Both the position numbers and the translations under genes were made by a program. The notes beneath the pieces were generated by a model. The model was not told the origin of the DNA. It searched no databases and worked only from the letters and a program-made list of their open reading frames with translations. A stretch of DNA of 64,000 nucleotides, from positions 68,826 to 132,825 of the forward strand of contig NIVC01001745.1 in NCBI GenBank assembly GCA_002269645.1, written 5' to 3'. Shown piece after piece: positions 16,209 through 30,075 of the stretch. The DNA is from Macrostomum lignano (Eukaryota). Numbering within the stretch: the stretch's first letter is position 1; each line of letters starts with the position of its first letter.

Positions 16209-18398
16209 GTGGTCTGGCTTGTGACGAATATAATAATATGAGACGTGTGCATCGAAAAAATGACAAGAAAAATCTCACAAAAACTGCTGTAACTTCAAAA
16301 CTACAAGTGCGAATTTCACAAGTGAGGTGTCATTTTAAAGAGAAGAATCTGATCTATTTAACGAGTATAGTTTTGTATGGATTCACTGCGGAGAAAAGGA
16401 ACAGGCTTCAGTTGAAATGTTTGTCTTAAGATTATGTCTTTACAAAAGTGCATTTCCTCATGCACATTAAAACTCGAGCTAAAAATGTTCGAGGGTTATA
16501 GGTGCGCCTTACTAAGATGCATAACATTATTGGGTTGTTTTTTTCAATTGTATCAAAAAGTTGGCACTTTGGTTGCAAAAAATGCAAAAATTGAAAATGT
16601 ACTTTTACAGTTTTTTGCATTTTTTTCTATACTGCTAATAGTTAAGCATACATACTATGCACCAATCGATGCGCAATTCAAAGATACACAAGTGTGGAAG
16701 TTTTCAATTCTTAAACATTTGAAATCAGAAAGTTATCGACGAAAGACTAAAAATCATGATCTCAAACTGATTTGAGGAAAAGTGCTCATTATAATTTTTG
16801 GAATATGGAAGAAACAATTCAACGCCGTCATCTAATTCCAAACTAACTGTACTTTAAGGTACTGCGATGATTTTTTTATTGAAAGAGCGAAACCTGTTTA
16901 AATATTTGAAAAAATGGAAAAAAAGTACCTTTTTTCATAGAAATACTCTCTTTTGACTGCTTAATCCGATTTCCAACAACAAAATAGTTGCTTTCCTGCT
17001 GGTGCAAACCGTTATTAGGGTGAATTTTCAAAATTGCATACTGTGCCAAAAGTAAACTGAAGCTTAATATTTATAAACATTAGAAACGGGACCACTAATG
17101 GGTATTTTACTTTGGTTACTTACTATGGACTAAACTGGCACTGGCAGAGACAGATTTGAGAGAAACTAATTGCTCCATTGTATTTGTATTTGGCTCCAGC
17201 GTTACAAATTACAATAGCTATTTCGGGGTCTAACCGGCTAAGTTATCAAAAAAGCTAGATACCAATCACCAGTTTCATCATCAGCTATACCTACCACGAT
17301 TTTATAGTCACATCTCACATGCAACAGTAATACCCTCCTTTAAAAGTTTTCAATATCTAAAATGATGTGTTAAATTTTATAAAATTTCATAAACAGTGAA
17401 ATTTTAGCTGTTTACGTGCTGGTGGTTTGAACGTAGCTACTTTGTGCGAAAATACACTGTCATTAATACCGTACCTATTATTGTATTTATTGTATTGAAA
17501 GTTGATGTGTAAATTGTACTTTTCTATTTTTTGTCATTCGTTATCGCACTCGGGCCGGCCTGCCTGCCTTGTGGGGTGTGGTGGCCTTGGCCACTTTCTC
17601 CCCCTTCTGCTAGGATCCAAAGCAAGCTTTCAAGTGTACATTTAATATTATCGATCGATTATTTAAAACAAGCCTCTAGTGGCTGGTGTTGAGAGTGAGT
17701 GGCCTTGAGTGTACGCGAAAGCAAGAGGAAGCCCATGGGCGGACTATATGAACCTTCCTTTAGTGGAAAGTTGGGCCTTGTGCATTGGATAGTGTACGCT
17801 ACACAAGACAGAAGGTAAAGAGAAAGAGAACGACAGGCTAGCCAATAGCGATAGCATGTGCTTCTTTCTCTCCAGTCCACTATGGTAGGGGGGGGGGGGG
17901 GGTGTCAGACGGCCCAACTCTAACCCCCATACCCAAAACAGCGTACATGTAGAATAAGAAGGGATTGGGTCCAGATAAGTCTTCCCAAATGTACATGTAT
18001 GTACAAAGACAAACACAGACAAGAAAAATGGCTCTAAAAACCATTGTTATTGTTACACTGTGTGTCTATTTTTATTAACTTGACTTTGACTTGTCTTTAC
18101 TCTAGCATGGTCAAGGATAATTACTGTTACTTCATACCTAATTTACAATTAATTGCATAAGATTAAGAAGGAATAATACAATCGAGGTCGAACCCATGAT
18201 CACTTGACCCACCCACCCATGATCACTTCTGATTCTGACCTACATGTATCTACTATATCCTGCCAGTTTCTCCAGTTTTATGGGTCTTGGTGTCGGTGAT
18301 TCGAGCAATTCCATTACATTTTATCGGTGCAGTGCGTCTATTAATGCTTAGCTACTTGTATATGTGTTGCAGAACTTATGCTCGTAGTTTCCCTTCTA

Positions 18399-19173
18399 GG
18401 GATGTTGACCCCGGGAGTGCTCCCCGGGGAGCTTGTCGGGGAATACTCTCCGGGGAATTTAACCGGGGACCCTGGGGAGAAAAAATATGAAAAAATGCAT
18501 TTGTAACTTAATTTTTGCCATTAAAATAAGAAACTGATTCACAGAAAGCTGATTGAAACTCTGTCTATGCTCTTTTACCGCATAATTGCTTATTTCAATG
18601 CATTACATGTATTTGAAACACAACACACGTTTGATTGTTTTTTCACTAATAAGTCATTCAATCAAGCAAATTGCACGTAGAAAAGAAACCCGTCAGGAAA
18701 AAGAAGCCTTACTGACTAGTGACTGCTGTGTTGGTCTGCGTTGACGGCTTGACGCAGGCGCAGCGCTGCGTCATGCGTCAGGCACTGACGCATAGGGGGG
18801 TGTCATACATATACTCCCTATTAGACAAGGACAAAATGGTGATTTACATATATATGCAAGAAATAAAATTCCGATTATAAAAACAGTCTCATTCATTAAT
18901 TATCCTCTCACGAGCGTAGCTGTTTAGCATGCATTCCAACAAATGCACTTTTCCGATAAAGGTGCGCGCACGATTTCGTGATGCCACATTGTCAAATACA
19001 GTTTAAAAAAACATTGTTTAAAATTTTTACCCCTGCGCCTTGAACATGTAGTACAAAGCTTAAATCAAAGTTTAAAAAATTCCACTTACAATCTAAGTGA
19101 TCCGCCGTTTTTACTTATTTTTTCTTTTCACCGGGGTCCCCGATAAGATAATTCCCTGGGGAATCGACATCCC
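18399..19173. mobile_element. Old MITE-like element with degenerate terminal inverted repeats
   Basis: Left end GGGATGTTGACCCC versus reverse complement of the right end GGGATGTCGATTCCCC. A second subterminal match pairs ggggaccctggggag with gggaccccggtgaa, and TA flanks both ends. Confidence 0.5.
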
Positions 19174-20521
19174 TAATTCCCTTCCTATAAATCATTTGAC
19201 GTTAGAGACATTTTACAACTCTCGCCCTACTTTATCTATTAGGCTAACTTTATGTATGACACGACGCAAAATATTAGGAGCATCAGCGTTAATAATGCCT
19301 TGAAAGTCTTTAAATAATCGATACAACACTAGGTATTATAAAATTCCAACCCCAAAGCTCACTGGGGCGAAAAGACTTTGTCTTCATTAACTAGTCTTTA
19401 ATAAATGTTAGGCCTAATATAGGCCTATTAATAAGTGTTACAATATAAAAGCATTATGATTTTTATAAACCTTATAGACTATCATTAAAAGTCAAATGAG
19501 AAGTTACAACATAACACGATGAATATTTTAATTTCCTTAGGCATCTAATTAATATTTGTTTATGATAATGATCATCCAATATAGCAACTTTTTACTTATT
19601 TATAAACTTAAGTAAATTTTATAAAATTATGAACAGATTTATTGTTTGCATATAATTATAAGCATTACTTTAATTTACTTCTTTCCTAATATTTTGTAAC
19701 CTTCTAAGTTTCTACTTTCTATTATATCTATTAAGCTGTGCCTCTAGTACTATTTAAAGCAACCTTCTTGGTCATATTTCATTATTAATTAATTAGGTTT
19801 TGAGTTTTAAATAAACAAGCTAATTCTTACCTTATATTTATTTACTTTTAATAGTTTTTTGTATTCAAGTTTTTATTTATTATTTGTAACTTTTTTAGCT
19901 TATAAAGTAAATTGCTTGGATTATCTTTGTTAGATCAGCTAAAAAAATAGAAAAGCAAAGACAGTGCATTATAAAGTCTATTTTTTGGAAGAAGAATAAA
20001 GCTTATATATTTTCTATGTTAACATTAATGCTAATATTAATTGATTAAAATTCATGCCTATGTAATTCCTTTGATTTACATTGGCTATATGACTTACTCT
20101 ATGACAAAGAAGCAATCTGCCTAAAAAAGAAACAAGAAAAATTAATATAATTTTTGGGAAATGGCAGGAATAAATATGTCTATATCTTTTTGGATAAAAA
20201 GTTGTTATATTTATATGCTCATAATCATAATCAAAGATATTAATAAGGCACTTAGGTAAATTAAAATATATTTGTAATATTTCAACTTCTTGTTAGACTT
20301 ATATTATTGTTTTTTTGCATCTTTGGTGTTATTGGAATTGCCAATAATGTTTGCAATAATTTTCGTTACCTCCCAAATTTATGCAAACTTATTAATCTAT
20401 TAATGCAAACAATCTTAATGGCAGTCTATTAATAATTAATGAAAACCTTAATGCTTATTAACACTTATTAACAGAAGTCTACTTTTGAAATATCCTAAAA
20501 TACTTTCTATTAAAATTTCAG

Positions 20522-21121
20522 ATGAATAATAATCCAGGACTATACCTAGGTGGTAACCCTAGCCTAGCCTCAGCTGGACCTGCACCTGCTATTAATGACT
20601 TATCAGCAGGATTTTATGTAAACAGCATTTGATATTAAAGTTGTGTCTGTTTTGTCAAACAAAAATTGTAGTATAATATTTGAGAACTACTTCATTTTTG
20701 TAGCCAAGGGCACCAGCAGGTGTTGGTCCCCCCAACACTGGTCAATATGGAGCAACTTGTCTGTCTGGCAGGATGCAGGGCCTAAACTTATTGGGTGGCA
20801 ACAGCCGCATGCCTGGAGTTGGTGGCACTGCCAGCCTTATGACTAGTCAGGTACTGTTCTAACTAGCTATAATATTTTGTTTTAGCATTGTATAACTGCT
20901 TGTATAACCATTGTATAACTGCTCAGATGAGCATTTTGGCTGCTACTGTCTTACCTGGACGGCAGCAGCAGCAGATGTCCCTGCCTAAGCCTGCTATGCT
21001 GCATCACCATCGCTGTCACAGTCTGTCAGCTCATGGCCTGCCGCCTTATTCTACTGCTTCTTGTGGATCGCTTAGCAAAATTATAGGGACAGTATCTGCT
21101 GCCCCCGCAATCTTGGTCTGA
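20522..21121 (+). CDS. Probable 5' low-complexity exons of PAN3
   Basis: Open phase-0 segments bounded by AG/GT: 20522-20617 (MNNNPGLYLGG...AGFY), 20704-20850 (PRAPAG...MTSQ), and a third from 20927 whose donor is unclear. No family motif; the link to PAN3 is inferred from strand, phase and proximity. Confidence 0.45.
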
Positions 21122-21294
21122 CTCTTTTTTCTGTTTCTTTGTTCAATTGATTTCTTTTCAGTTTAAATCTGCAAGTTTCAAGTTAAATTTTTATTTCCTC
21201 AAAATGTTGATTTGATTTGCTTAGTTTCTAGTTAGTTTTATATTGGCCATAAAGGGTTAGAACATTTTTTATCAAAGAAATTTCAAACTTTCTC

Positions 21295-21715
21295 AGTTTG
21301 ATCTCATGATCTCATCTCTCAGTTTCATTTCATTATCTCGTCTCTCAGTTTAATCTCGCATTCTTATCTCTCTGTTTGATCTCATGATCTCATCTCTCTG
21401 TTTGATCTCATGATCTCATCTCTCAGTTTGATTTTATGATCTCATCTCAGTTTGATCTTATCTATCAGTTTAATCTCGCGTTCTCATTTCTCAGTTTGAT
21501 CTCATCTCTCTGTTTGATCTCATGATCTCATCTCTCAGTTTGATTTTATGATCTCATCTCAGTTTGATCTTATCTATCAGTTTAATCTCGCGTTCTCATC
21601 TCTCTGTTTGAACTCACGATCTCATCTTTCAGTTTCATCCCACGATCTCATCTCTCAGTTTTATCTCAATGTCATCTCTCAGTTTAATTTCATGTTCTCA
21701 TCTCTCTTTATCTCC
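21295..21715. repeat. Degenerate pyrimidine-rich minisatellite (CTCATCTCTCAGTTTGAT...)
   Basis: Directly visible imperfect tandem copies upstream of the main PAN3 exons. Confidence 0.85.
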
Positions 21716-21977
21716 CATTCGCGCATTCGCTACTAAAACGTGCAAGTTAAGCCGAGATGGTCGCGGTTAGTACGCAGCTGAATAGGCTGATAATAATTGC
21801 AGCAGGAGGGCTGTAGGCAACGCCCTCGGCGACATTGTTCAACAACCAGCGCTGAGGCAGTTGTGCCCATTCCGAGCCCCAAATGAATCTGCTTGCGCGC
21901 GGAATCAAATCAGGGGCCGTTGCGCGAGTCAGCATTCTGTGTTACTAAACTCCGTAGAATCCCCGCCTGCAGTACAG

Positions 21978-24900
21978 AATGAAAAACCCTCACCATCCCT
22001 CCATCGCGACACTCGCCAGCCTCCGCCATCACTCGGCCACTCCGCCTCTTCTCCGTCCATGTCCGCCCAGCTGGCAGCCGCCGCCGCTGCCAGATCTCGT
22101 CACCAGCAGCATCCAGCCGCTATCGACGAATTCGCCGCTGCGTCGTTTTTCTTTGACAGCACCGGAGGCAGAGTCGGCGGCTCGGCCGGTCTTGAGCAGC
22201 AGCAGCAACAGCAGCAGCAGCAGGGCAAAGCTAACAATGGCGGCAGGCTCGAACCGCCGCCTTGGTACGTATGCGCGCCGGCCGGTGATCAGAGCCAGTT
22301 CAGCAATAGAGGCGACGCGCTCACCTATATGGAGGCCGAAACGCGGCGATCTCTGCTGGCTAGAGCGCATAGCTTGCAGGTAAAAATCAAGGCTGTGGGT
22401 GGCTATTGGGAATTTAGGGATCAAATTTGTACTGAGAATGAAGATTATAGGGAAGATTCTGGGGAATAAGATGACCGGATTTTAGGAAGCTGATAGTGGA
22501 GAAGATTGGATTGGTTGGTGATTGTTAGATTGGCAAAAAATTTGTGGGAGATTAAAGTAGGAGATCATTGGGATCCAGGGGATCAGAGTGGGAGATCATT
22601 GGGATCTGGATGATTAGAGTGGAAGATCATTCAGATCGAGAGGATTAGAGTGGGAGATCATTCAGATCGAGAGGATTAGAGTGGGAGATTATTCAGATCT
22701 AGAGGATTAGAGTGGGAGATCATTCAGATCTAGAGGATTAGATTGGGAGATCATTCAGATCGGGAGGATTAGAGTGGGAGATCATTCAGATCCAGAGGAT
22801 TAGAGTGGGAGATTATTCAGATCTAGAGGATCATTGTGGGGGATCATTCAACTCTAGGAATTAGTACCTATGTATTCGAAATACATAATTCGCCGTCCCT
22901 CTCTCTCCAGGTGCGGTCGGACCCGTTGCCGGGCCTGCCGCAGTCGCTGTTGCATTATTCCCAGCTGACGCCGCTAGAGAATCCCAGCCAGATACGCCGG
23001 TCGGCAACCCTCGGCTTGCCCAGCCTATGCTACAAAGCGTACAACGCCCGCCAGCAGCAGTGGGTGCTGTTGCGCAGATTTGTTGGCGCATCATTTCAAC
23101 CGGCTAACGAAGCCATTGCGCATCTGGACGCGCTCAAGGAGGCCGATCATCCGCATTTAGCGCCAGTTCGCGACGCGTTCTATACTCAAGCGTTCGGCGA
23201 TCAGTCCGCCTGTCTGGTTACCGACTTTTATCCTGGCTGCGCCACTATGCTGCTGGTGCACTGCTCGGATCCTATGAAGGTTTTTGCCATTTTTTTTAAT
23301 GAGTCTGCGCGCAATTGTACTGCTTAAGGGCTGTTGAGTTTCAAACAGTGTGATGCTTGTAGGGTGGTGGAGACAGGTGTCCGAAGGGAAGGGCGCTAGA
23401 GACCGATGTCTGTAAAGAGTGGAGACATGTGTTTATATAAGGGATGGAGACAGGTGTCTGTAAAGAGTGGAGACATGTGTTTATATAAGGGATGGAGACA
23501 GGTGTCTGTAAATGAGTGAAGACAGGTGTCTGTAAATGAGTGAAGACAGGTGTCTATAAGTGCTAGAGACAGGTGTCTGTAAGCGGTGGAGACAGGTGTC
23601 TGTAAGCGGTGGAGACAGGTGTCTGTAAGGGCGCTAGATATAGGTGTCTACAAGGGGCTAGAGACAGGTGTCCAGCATTGGCAAGGACAGGTATCCAGCA
23701 TTGATAAGAGACAGGTGTCCAGCATTGGTAAGACACCGGTGTCCAGCATTGGTAAGAGACAGGTGTCCAGCATTGGTAAGACACCGGTGTCCAGCATTGG
23801 TAAGAGACAGGTGTCCAGCATTGGCAAGAGACAGGTGTCCAGCATTGGCAAGAGACAGGTGTCCAGCATTGGCAAGGACAGGTGTCCAGCATTGGCAAGG
23901 ACAGGTGTCCAGCATTGGCAAGAGACAGGTGTCCAGCATTGGCAAGAGACAGGTGTCCAGCATTGGCAAGAGACAGGTGTCCAGCATTGGCAAGGACAGG
24001 TGTCCAGCATTGGCAAGGACAGGTGTCCAGCATTGGCAAGGACAGGTGTCCAGCATTGGCAAGAGACAGGTGTCCAGCATTGGCAAGAGACAGGTGTCCA
24101 GCATTGGCAAGAGACAGATGTCCAGCATTGGCAAGAGACAGGTGTCCGTATCTGAAGCCCCCTTCACTCTCGCAGGCCAGCAGCTTTCAGCTGGACGCGG
24201 CCGGCCGCCTGGCTCCCCAATCGGCTAAGCGAGTTCCGCTACAATCCGAGCACGTGATGTGGAACCTGCTGCTGCAGCTGGCCAGCGCTGTGCGCTACTG
24301 CCACGCCCGGCTCAATCGAGCGGTTCGAGCCCTGGGACCCAGCAAAGTGCTTGTCGAAGACAAACAACGCCTACGCGTCAATCTTCTAGGCGCCAGAGAG
24401 ATTCTCTGTGGAATTCCGGCCACGGACGAAGACGAATCCGCGGTTGCTAAGCAACAGGATTTGGTGGACTTGGGCCGCCTGCTGTTGGTGCTGGCTTGCG
24501 GCACCCCGCTAGCCTTGCAGGATCTCAACGCCGCTATGGAGCTGGTGGGGCGGTCCTATTCCAAGGACCTGGCCAGTGTCATGCACCAGCTGTTGTATGG
24601 AGTCAGCAAGTGAGGCGCTTTGCGGGTTAGATTAGCAATCCATTCTATGATTCCTTCACCACTAGATTAGCAATCCACTCTATGATTCCTTCACCACTAG
24701 ATTAGCAATCCACTCTATGATTCCCTCATCACTAGATTAGCAATCCATTCTATGATTCCCTCACCACTAGATTATCAATCCATTCTATGATTCCTTCACC
24801 ACTAGATTAGCAATCCATTCTATGATTCCTTCACCACTAGATTAGCAATCCACTCTATGATTCCCTCATCACTAGATTAGCAATCCACTCTATGATTCCC

Positions 24901-27164
24901 TCACCACTAGATTAGCAATCCACTCTATGATTCCCTCATCACTAGATTAGCAATCCATTCTATGATTCCCTCACCACTAGATTAGCAATCCATTCTATGA
25001 TTCCTTCACCACTAGATTAGCAATCCACTCTATGATTCCCTCACCACTAGATTAGCAATCCACTCTATGATTCCTTCACCACTAGATTAGCAATCCACTC
25101 TATGATTCCCTCACCACTAGATTAGCAATCCACTCTATGATTCCCTCACCACTAGATTAGCAATCCATTCTATGATTCCTTCACCACTAGATTAGCAATC
25201 CACTCTATGATTCCCTCACCACTAGATTAGCAATCCACTCTATGATTCCCTCACCACTAGATTAGCAATCCACTCTATGATTCCCTCACCACTAGATTAG
25301 CAATCCACTCTATGATTCCCTCACCACTAGATTAGCAATCCACTCTATGATTCCCTCACCACTAGATTAGCAATCCATTCTATGATTCCTTCACCACTAG
25401 ATTAGCAATCCACTCTATGATTCCCTCACCACTAGATTAGCAATCCACTCTATGATTCCCTCACCACTAGATTAGCAATCCACTCTATGATTCCCTCACC
25501 ACTAGATTAGCAATCCACTCTATGATTCCCTCACCACTAGATTAGCAATCCATTCTATGATTCCCTCATCACTAGATTAGCAATTCACTCTATTCCATTA
25601 CCCTACCTGCATTCCAGGTCCATATATGACGTGATGCCAGCCATCGGTGCCAGATTTTTCGATCACCTGTGCGAGTCCCAGCTTCGAGTAGACTTTCTCG
25701 AGTTGCAGCTCACCCGCCAGCTAGAGAATGGCCGCCTGTTGCGTCTCATCTCGAAATTGAGCACCGTCTGCGAGAGGGAAATGCCGTCTGAGCCGTCCTG
25801 GACCGACTCCACTGACAGGCAAATGCTGCGCCTGTTTCGCGATTTCGTCTTCCACCAGACTGACAGCTCGGGCGGATTTCCTTGGATCGACCTGGCGCAC
25901 ATTGTCAGCTGCTTGCAGAAGGTTGGGGTCACCTAGTAGTCATTGGGTTGGCATACACATTGACTTACCCATCTGACCATCGACCTGACCCTCATCCGCA
26001 CACCTGACCCACCACCTGACCCTCATGCGCACACCTGAACAACCACCTGACCCTCATGCGGATACCAGACATGATCTTTGGTTCATCGACATACCAGACT
26101 CATTCCTGACCCTCAGCTCTTCCGCATCCATGGCTCATGCCTATGCCTGACCCATGGCTCATCCCTATCCCTGACCCATGGCTCATCCCTATCCCTGACC
26201 CATGGCTCATCCCTATCCCTGACCCATGGCTCATCCCTATCCCTGACCCATGGCTCATCCCTATCCCTGACCCATGGCTCATCCCTATCCCTGACCCATG
26301 GCTCATCTCTATCCCAGACCCATGGCTCATCCCTATCCCTGACCCATGGCTCATCTCTATCCCAGACCCATGGCTCATCCCTATCCCTGACCCATGGCTC
26401 ATCCCTATCCCTGACCCATGGCTCATCCCTATCCCTGACCCATGGCTCATCCCTATGCCTGACCCATGGCTCATCCCTATCCCTGACCCATGGCTCATCC
26501 CTATGCCTGACCCATGGCTCATCCCTATCCCTGACCCATGGCTCATCCCTATCCCTGACCCATGGCTCATCCCTATCCCTGACCCATGGCTCACCCCTAT
26601 CCCTGACCCATGGCTCACCCCTATCCCTGACCCATGGCTCATCCCTATGCCTGACCCATGGCTCATCCCTATCCCTGACCCATGGCTCATCCCTATGCCT
26701 GACCCATGGCTCATCCCTATCCCTGACCCATGGCTCATCCCTATCCCTGACCCATGGCTCATCCCTATCCCTGACCCATGGCTCATCCCTATGCCTGACC
26801 CATGGCTCATCCCTATCCCTGACCCATGACTCATCCCTATCCCTGACCCATGGCTCATCCCTATCCTTGACCCATGGCTCGCACCTGACGGACACCTAAT
26901 GGGATAAAAATCAGAACCCACCTTCGCCCGCAGCTGGACATGGGCTCGCAGCAGCGGCTCTGTCTTGTGTCGCGCGACTCCCAGCAGGTCATGCTAGTCA
27001 CCTACGCCGAGGTGAAACAGTGGCTGGACTCGTGCTGCGCCCAGCTCAACAAGCTGATGGAGGCCGGCATGCGTCAGCAGGCGGAGTTCTACTCCGGTAC
27101 CCAGCCGCAGGCCGATAACCCAGCCGCTGCCTGGTCCGAAGGTCCGCCGCCATCGGCTGTGTGA
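21978..27164 (+). CDS. PAN3: PAN2-PAN3 deadenylation complex subunit PAN3 (pseudokinase + C-terminal knob domain)
   Basis: Exons 21978-22379, 22911-23279, 24176-24609, 25618-25921 and 26934-27164, with consistent phases. Motifs CYKA...LRR, FYTQAFGDQS..VTDFYPG, QQDLVDLGRLLLVLAC, SIYDVMPAIGARF, ENGRLLRLISKL, DRQMLRLFRDFVFHQ, PWIDLAHIVSCLQKLD and LVSRDSQQVMLVTYAEVK match recalled PAN3 sequences. Confidence 0.95.
22558..22855. repeat. 31-bp minisatellite GGGAGATCATTCAGATCTAGAGGATTAGAGT (PAN3 intron)
   Basis: About 9 copies. Confidence 0.92.
23387..24147. repeat. 23/24-bp minisatellite AGACAGGTGTCCAGCATTGGCAAG (PAN3 intron)
   Basis: About 30 copies, more degenerate at the 5' end. Confidence 0.95.
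24628..25590. repeat. 35-bp minisatellite ACTAGATTAGCAATCCACTCTATGATTCCCTCACC (PAN3 intron)
   Basis: About 27 near-identical copies filling intron 24610-25617. Confidence 0.98.
25975..26880. repeat. 24-bp minisatellite CCCTGACCCATGGCTCATCCCTAT (PAN3 intron)
   Basis: About 31 near-perfect copies from about 26135, with a degenerate lead-in. Confidence 0.98.
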
Positions 27165-27524
27165 GGCCAGAATTCTGTACAACTACTATCAGTAGCTAAT
27201 GAGGACTTATTTTAAAAGGCCAACTTTCTCAAGTCCTAGAAGGTTAACAAATTATTTTTTGTCATTCGCGTGCTCCCGTTGCTTTTAACAGACTGCTTCC
27301 AGCGCCAACACTGTATTGCTGCTCTAGTTCCCGTCGAGTTCCGATTCTTTCTTGCAGCTGAGCTCGTTCCTCCGTTCCTAGACTTCTCTCTGATTGCCGC
27401 AATTTAATCGGAACAATTTATAAAACCCAGGTTTAACTCTCAGTTGATTGAGAAAATCCCAATCCCAGATCTAATTTTATTGCCCGGAAATCTAATCAAT
27501 AGTAACTTCTTGTATCAGTTCATC

Positions 27525-28652
27525 GAATCCCAAATCCCATCAAATAGTGGAATCCCAAATCCCATCAGATAGTGGAATCCCTAATCCCATCAGATAATCG
27601 AATCCCAAATCCCATCAGATAGTCGCATCTAAAATCCCATAATCTAATAGAATCCCAAATCCCATCAGATAGTGGAATCCCAAATCCCATCAGATAATCG
27701 AATCCCAAATCCCATCAGATAGTGGAATCCCAAATCCCATCAGATAATCGAATCCCAAATCCCATCAGATAGTGGAATCCCTAATCCCATCAGATAATCG
27801 AATCCCAAATCCCATCAGATAGTGGAATCCCAAATCCCATCAGATAATCGAATCCCAAATCCCATCAGATAGTGGAATCCCTAATCCCATCAGATAATCG
27901 AATCCCAAATCCCATCAGATAGTGGAATCCCAAATCCCATCAGATAATCGAATCCCAAATCCCATCAGATAGTGGAATCCCTAATCCCATCAGATAATCG
28001 AATCCCAAATCCCATCAGATAGTGGAATCCCTAATCCCATCAGATAATCGAATCCCATCAGATAATCGAATCCCAAATCCCATCAGATAGTGGAATCCCT
28101 AATCCCATCAGATAATCGAATCCCAAATCCCATCAGATAGTGGAATCCCAAATCCCATCAGATAGTGGAATCCCTAATCCCATCAGATAATCGAATCCCA
28201 AATCCCATCAGATAGTGGAATCCCAAATCTCATCAGATAGTGGAATCCCAAATCCCATCAGATAGTGGAATCCCAAATCCCATCAGATAGTGGAATCCCA
28301 AATCCCATCAGATAATCGAATCCCAAATCCCATCAGATAGTGGAATCCCAAATCCCATCAGATAGTGGAATCCCTAATCCCATCAGATAATCGAATCCCA
28401 AATCCCATCAGATAGTGGAATCCCAAATCCCATCAGATAGTGGAATCCCTAATCCCATCAGATAATCGAATCCCAAATCCCATCAAATAGTGGAATCCCA
28501 AATCCCATCAGATAATCGAATCCCAAATCCCATCAGATAGAGGAATCCCAAATCCCATCAGATAATTGAATCCCAATTCCCATTGGGTAATCGAATCCTG
28601 AATCCCATCAGATAGTCGCATCTAAAATCCCATAATCTAATAGAATCCCAAA
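27525..28652. repeat. 25-bp minisatellite AATCCCAAATCCCATCAGATA(GTGG/ATCG)
   Basis: About 44 copies with two alternating variants, between PAN3 and neuroglian. Confidence 0.97.
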
Positions 28653-29351
28653 TCATAGTTCTAGTCGCCTAGAAAGTCCCTGTATGCTTTTACGCTCTGG
28701 AGTAGAGACTAATTCATTTTATCAAAAAAGTGCTCTAATCCTTGTTACTAGCATATCAGCAGAAGCAAGATCTATGGATGTCTTTTTGCTTGCTTTGTTA
28801 GAAACAGCTGTTTGGAATTTCGCTAAATGTATACTGTGACTGTTATATGTCCATTACATTGCACTTGCTTTCTGCCCTAGTGAATGTGATTACCCACTGT
28901 AATAAATTTATTGTGGCTTAGCGAATGGCGGCATTTTTGTGTACTAATCTGCAAAATCATATTTTGTTCAATGGATTGCCAGTCTGCCAATTGTTCTCAC
29001 AGGTGGTGGGGAGGCGCGGACGCAATCCAATAGTGTATCATAAACTATGCTGCGCTTTCTGTCTATCCATACGGATTTGGGCCATAGACTATTGCCCTAG
29101 TATTCGTGTTGTCCCTGACGCAAGAACTGTCGTTTCAGACATGCGTTTGTCTCTGTGCGTTTGTGCTGTGCGCGGAACCGAAAATTCCAGACATTGATTA
29201 AATAACTGTATTTATTATTAACAATTCTGTATTGACGATAATAATAAATTGAAAATCTAAACGCATAAAAACTATTATAACTGCTGGAAACTTCAATTCC
29301 TATGGCTAAGTGCTTTGTTTTTCTTTTATTTTTTGCTTTTCTCTTTACCAC

Positions 29352-30075
29352 CAATCCCACACAGGGAATCGCCCCCACCCCAATCCCACACAGGGATATC
29401 CCACCACCCCAATCCCACACAGGGATATCCCACCACCCCAATCCCACACAGGGAATCGCCCCCACCCCCAATCCCACACAGGGATATCCCACCACCCCAA
29501 TCCCACACAGGGAATCGCCCCCACCCCCAATCCCACACAGGGATATCCCACCACCCCAATCCCACGCAGGGATATCCCACCACCCCAATCCCACACAGGG
29601 ATATCCCACCACCCCAATCCCACACAGGGATATCCCACCACCCCAATCCCACACAGGGATATCCCACCACCCCAATCCTACACAGGGATATCCCACCACC
29701 CCAATCCTACACAGGGATATCCCACCACCCCAATCCCACACAGGGATATCCCACCACCCCAATCCTACACAGGGATATCCCACCACCCCAATCCTACACA
29801 GGGATATCCCCCACCCCAATCCTACACAGGGATATCCCACCACCCCAATCCTACACAGGGATATCCCACCACCCCAATCCCACACAGGGATATCCCACCA
29901 CCCCAATCCCACACAGGGATATCCCACCACCCCAATCCCACACAGGGATATCCCACCACCCTAATCCCACACAGGGATATCCCACACAGGGATATCCTAC
30001 ACAGGGATATCCCACGCAGGGATATCCCACACAGGGATATCCCACGCAGGGATATCCCACCATCCCAATCCCACA
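29352..30075. repeat. 29-bp minisatellite CCCACCACCCCAATCCCACACAGGGATAT
   Basis: About 24 copies. Confidence 0.97.

Noticed and set aside
24628-25590. 35-bp direct repeats as a CRISPR array (likewise the 29-, 30- and 39-bp arrays)
   Set aside because: Units are head-to-tail with no unique spacers, there are no cas genes, and the context is a eukaryotic intron.
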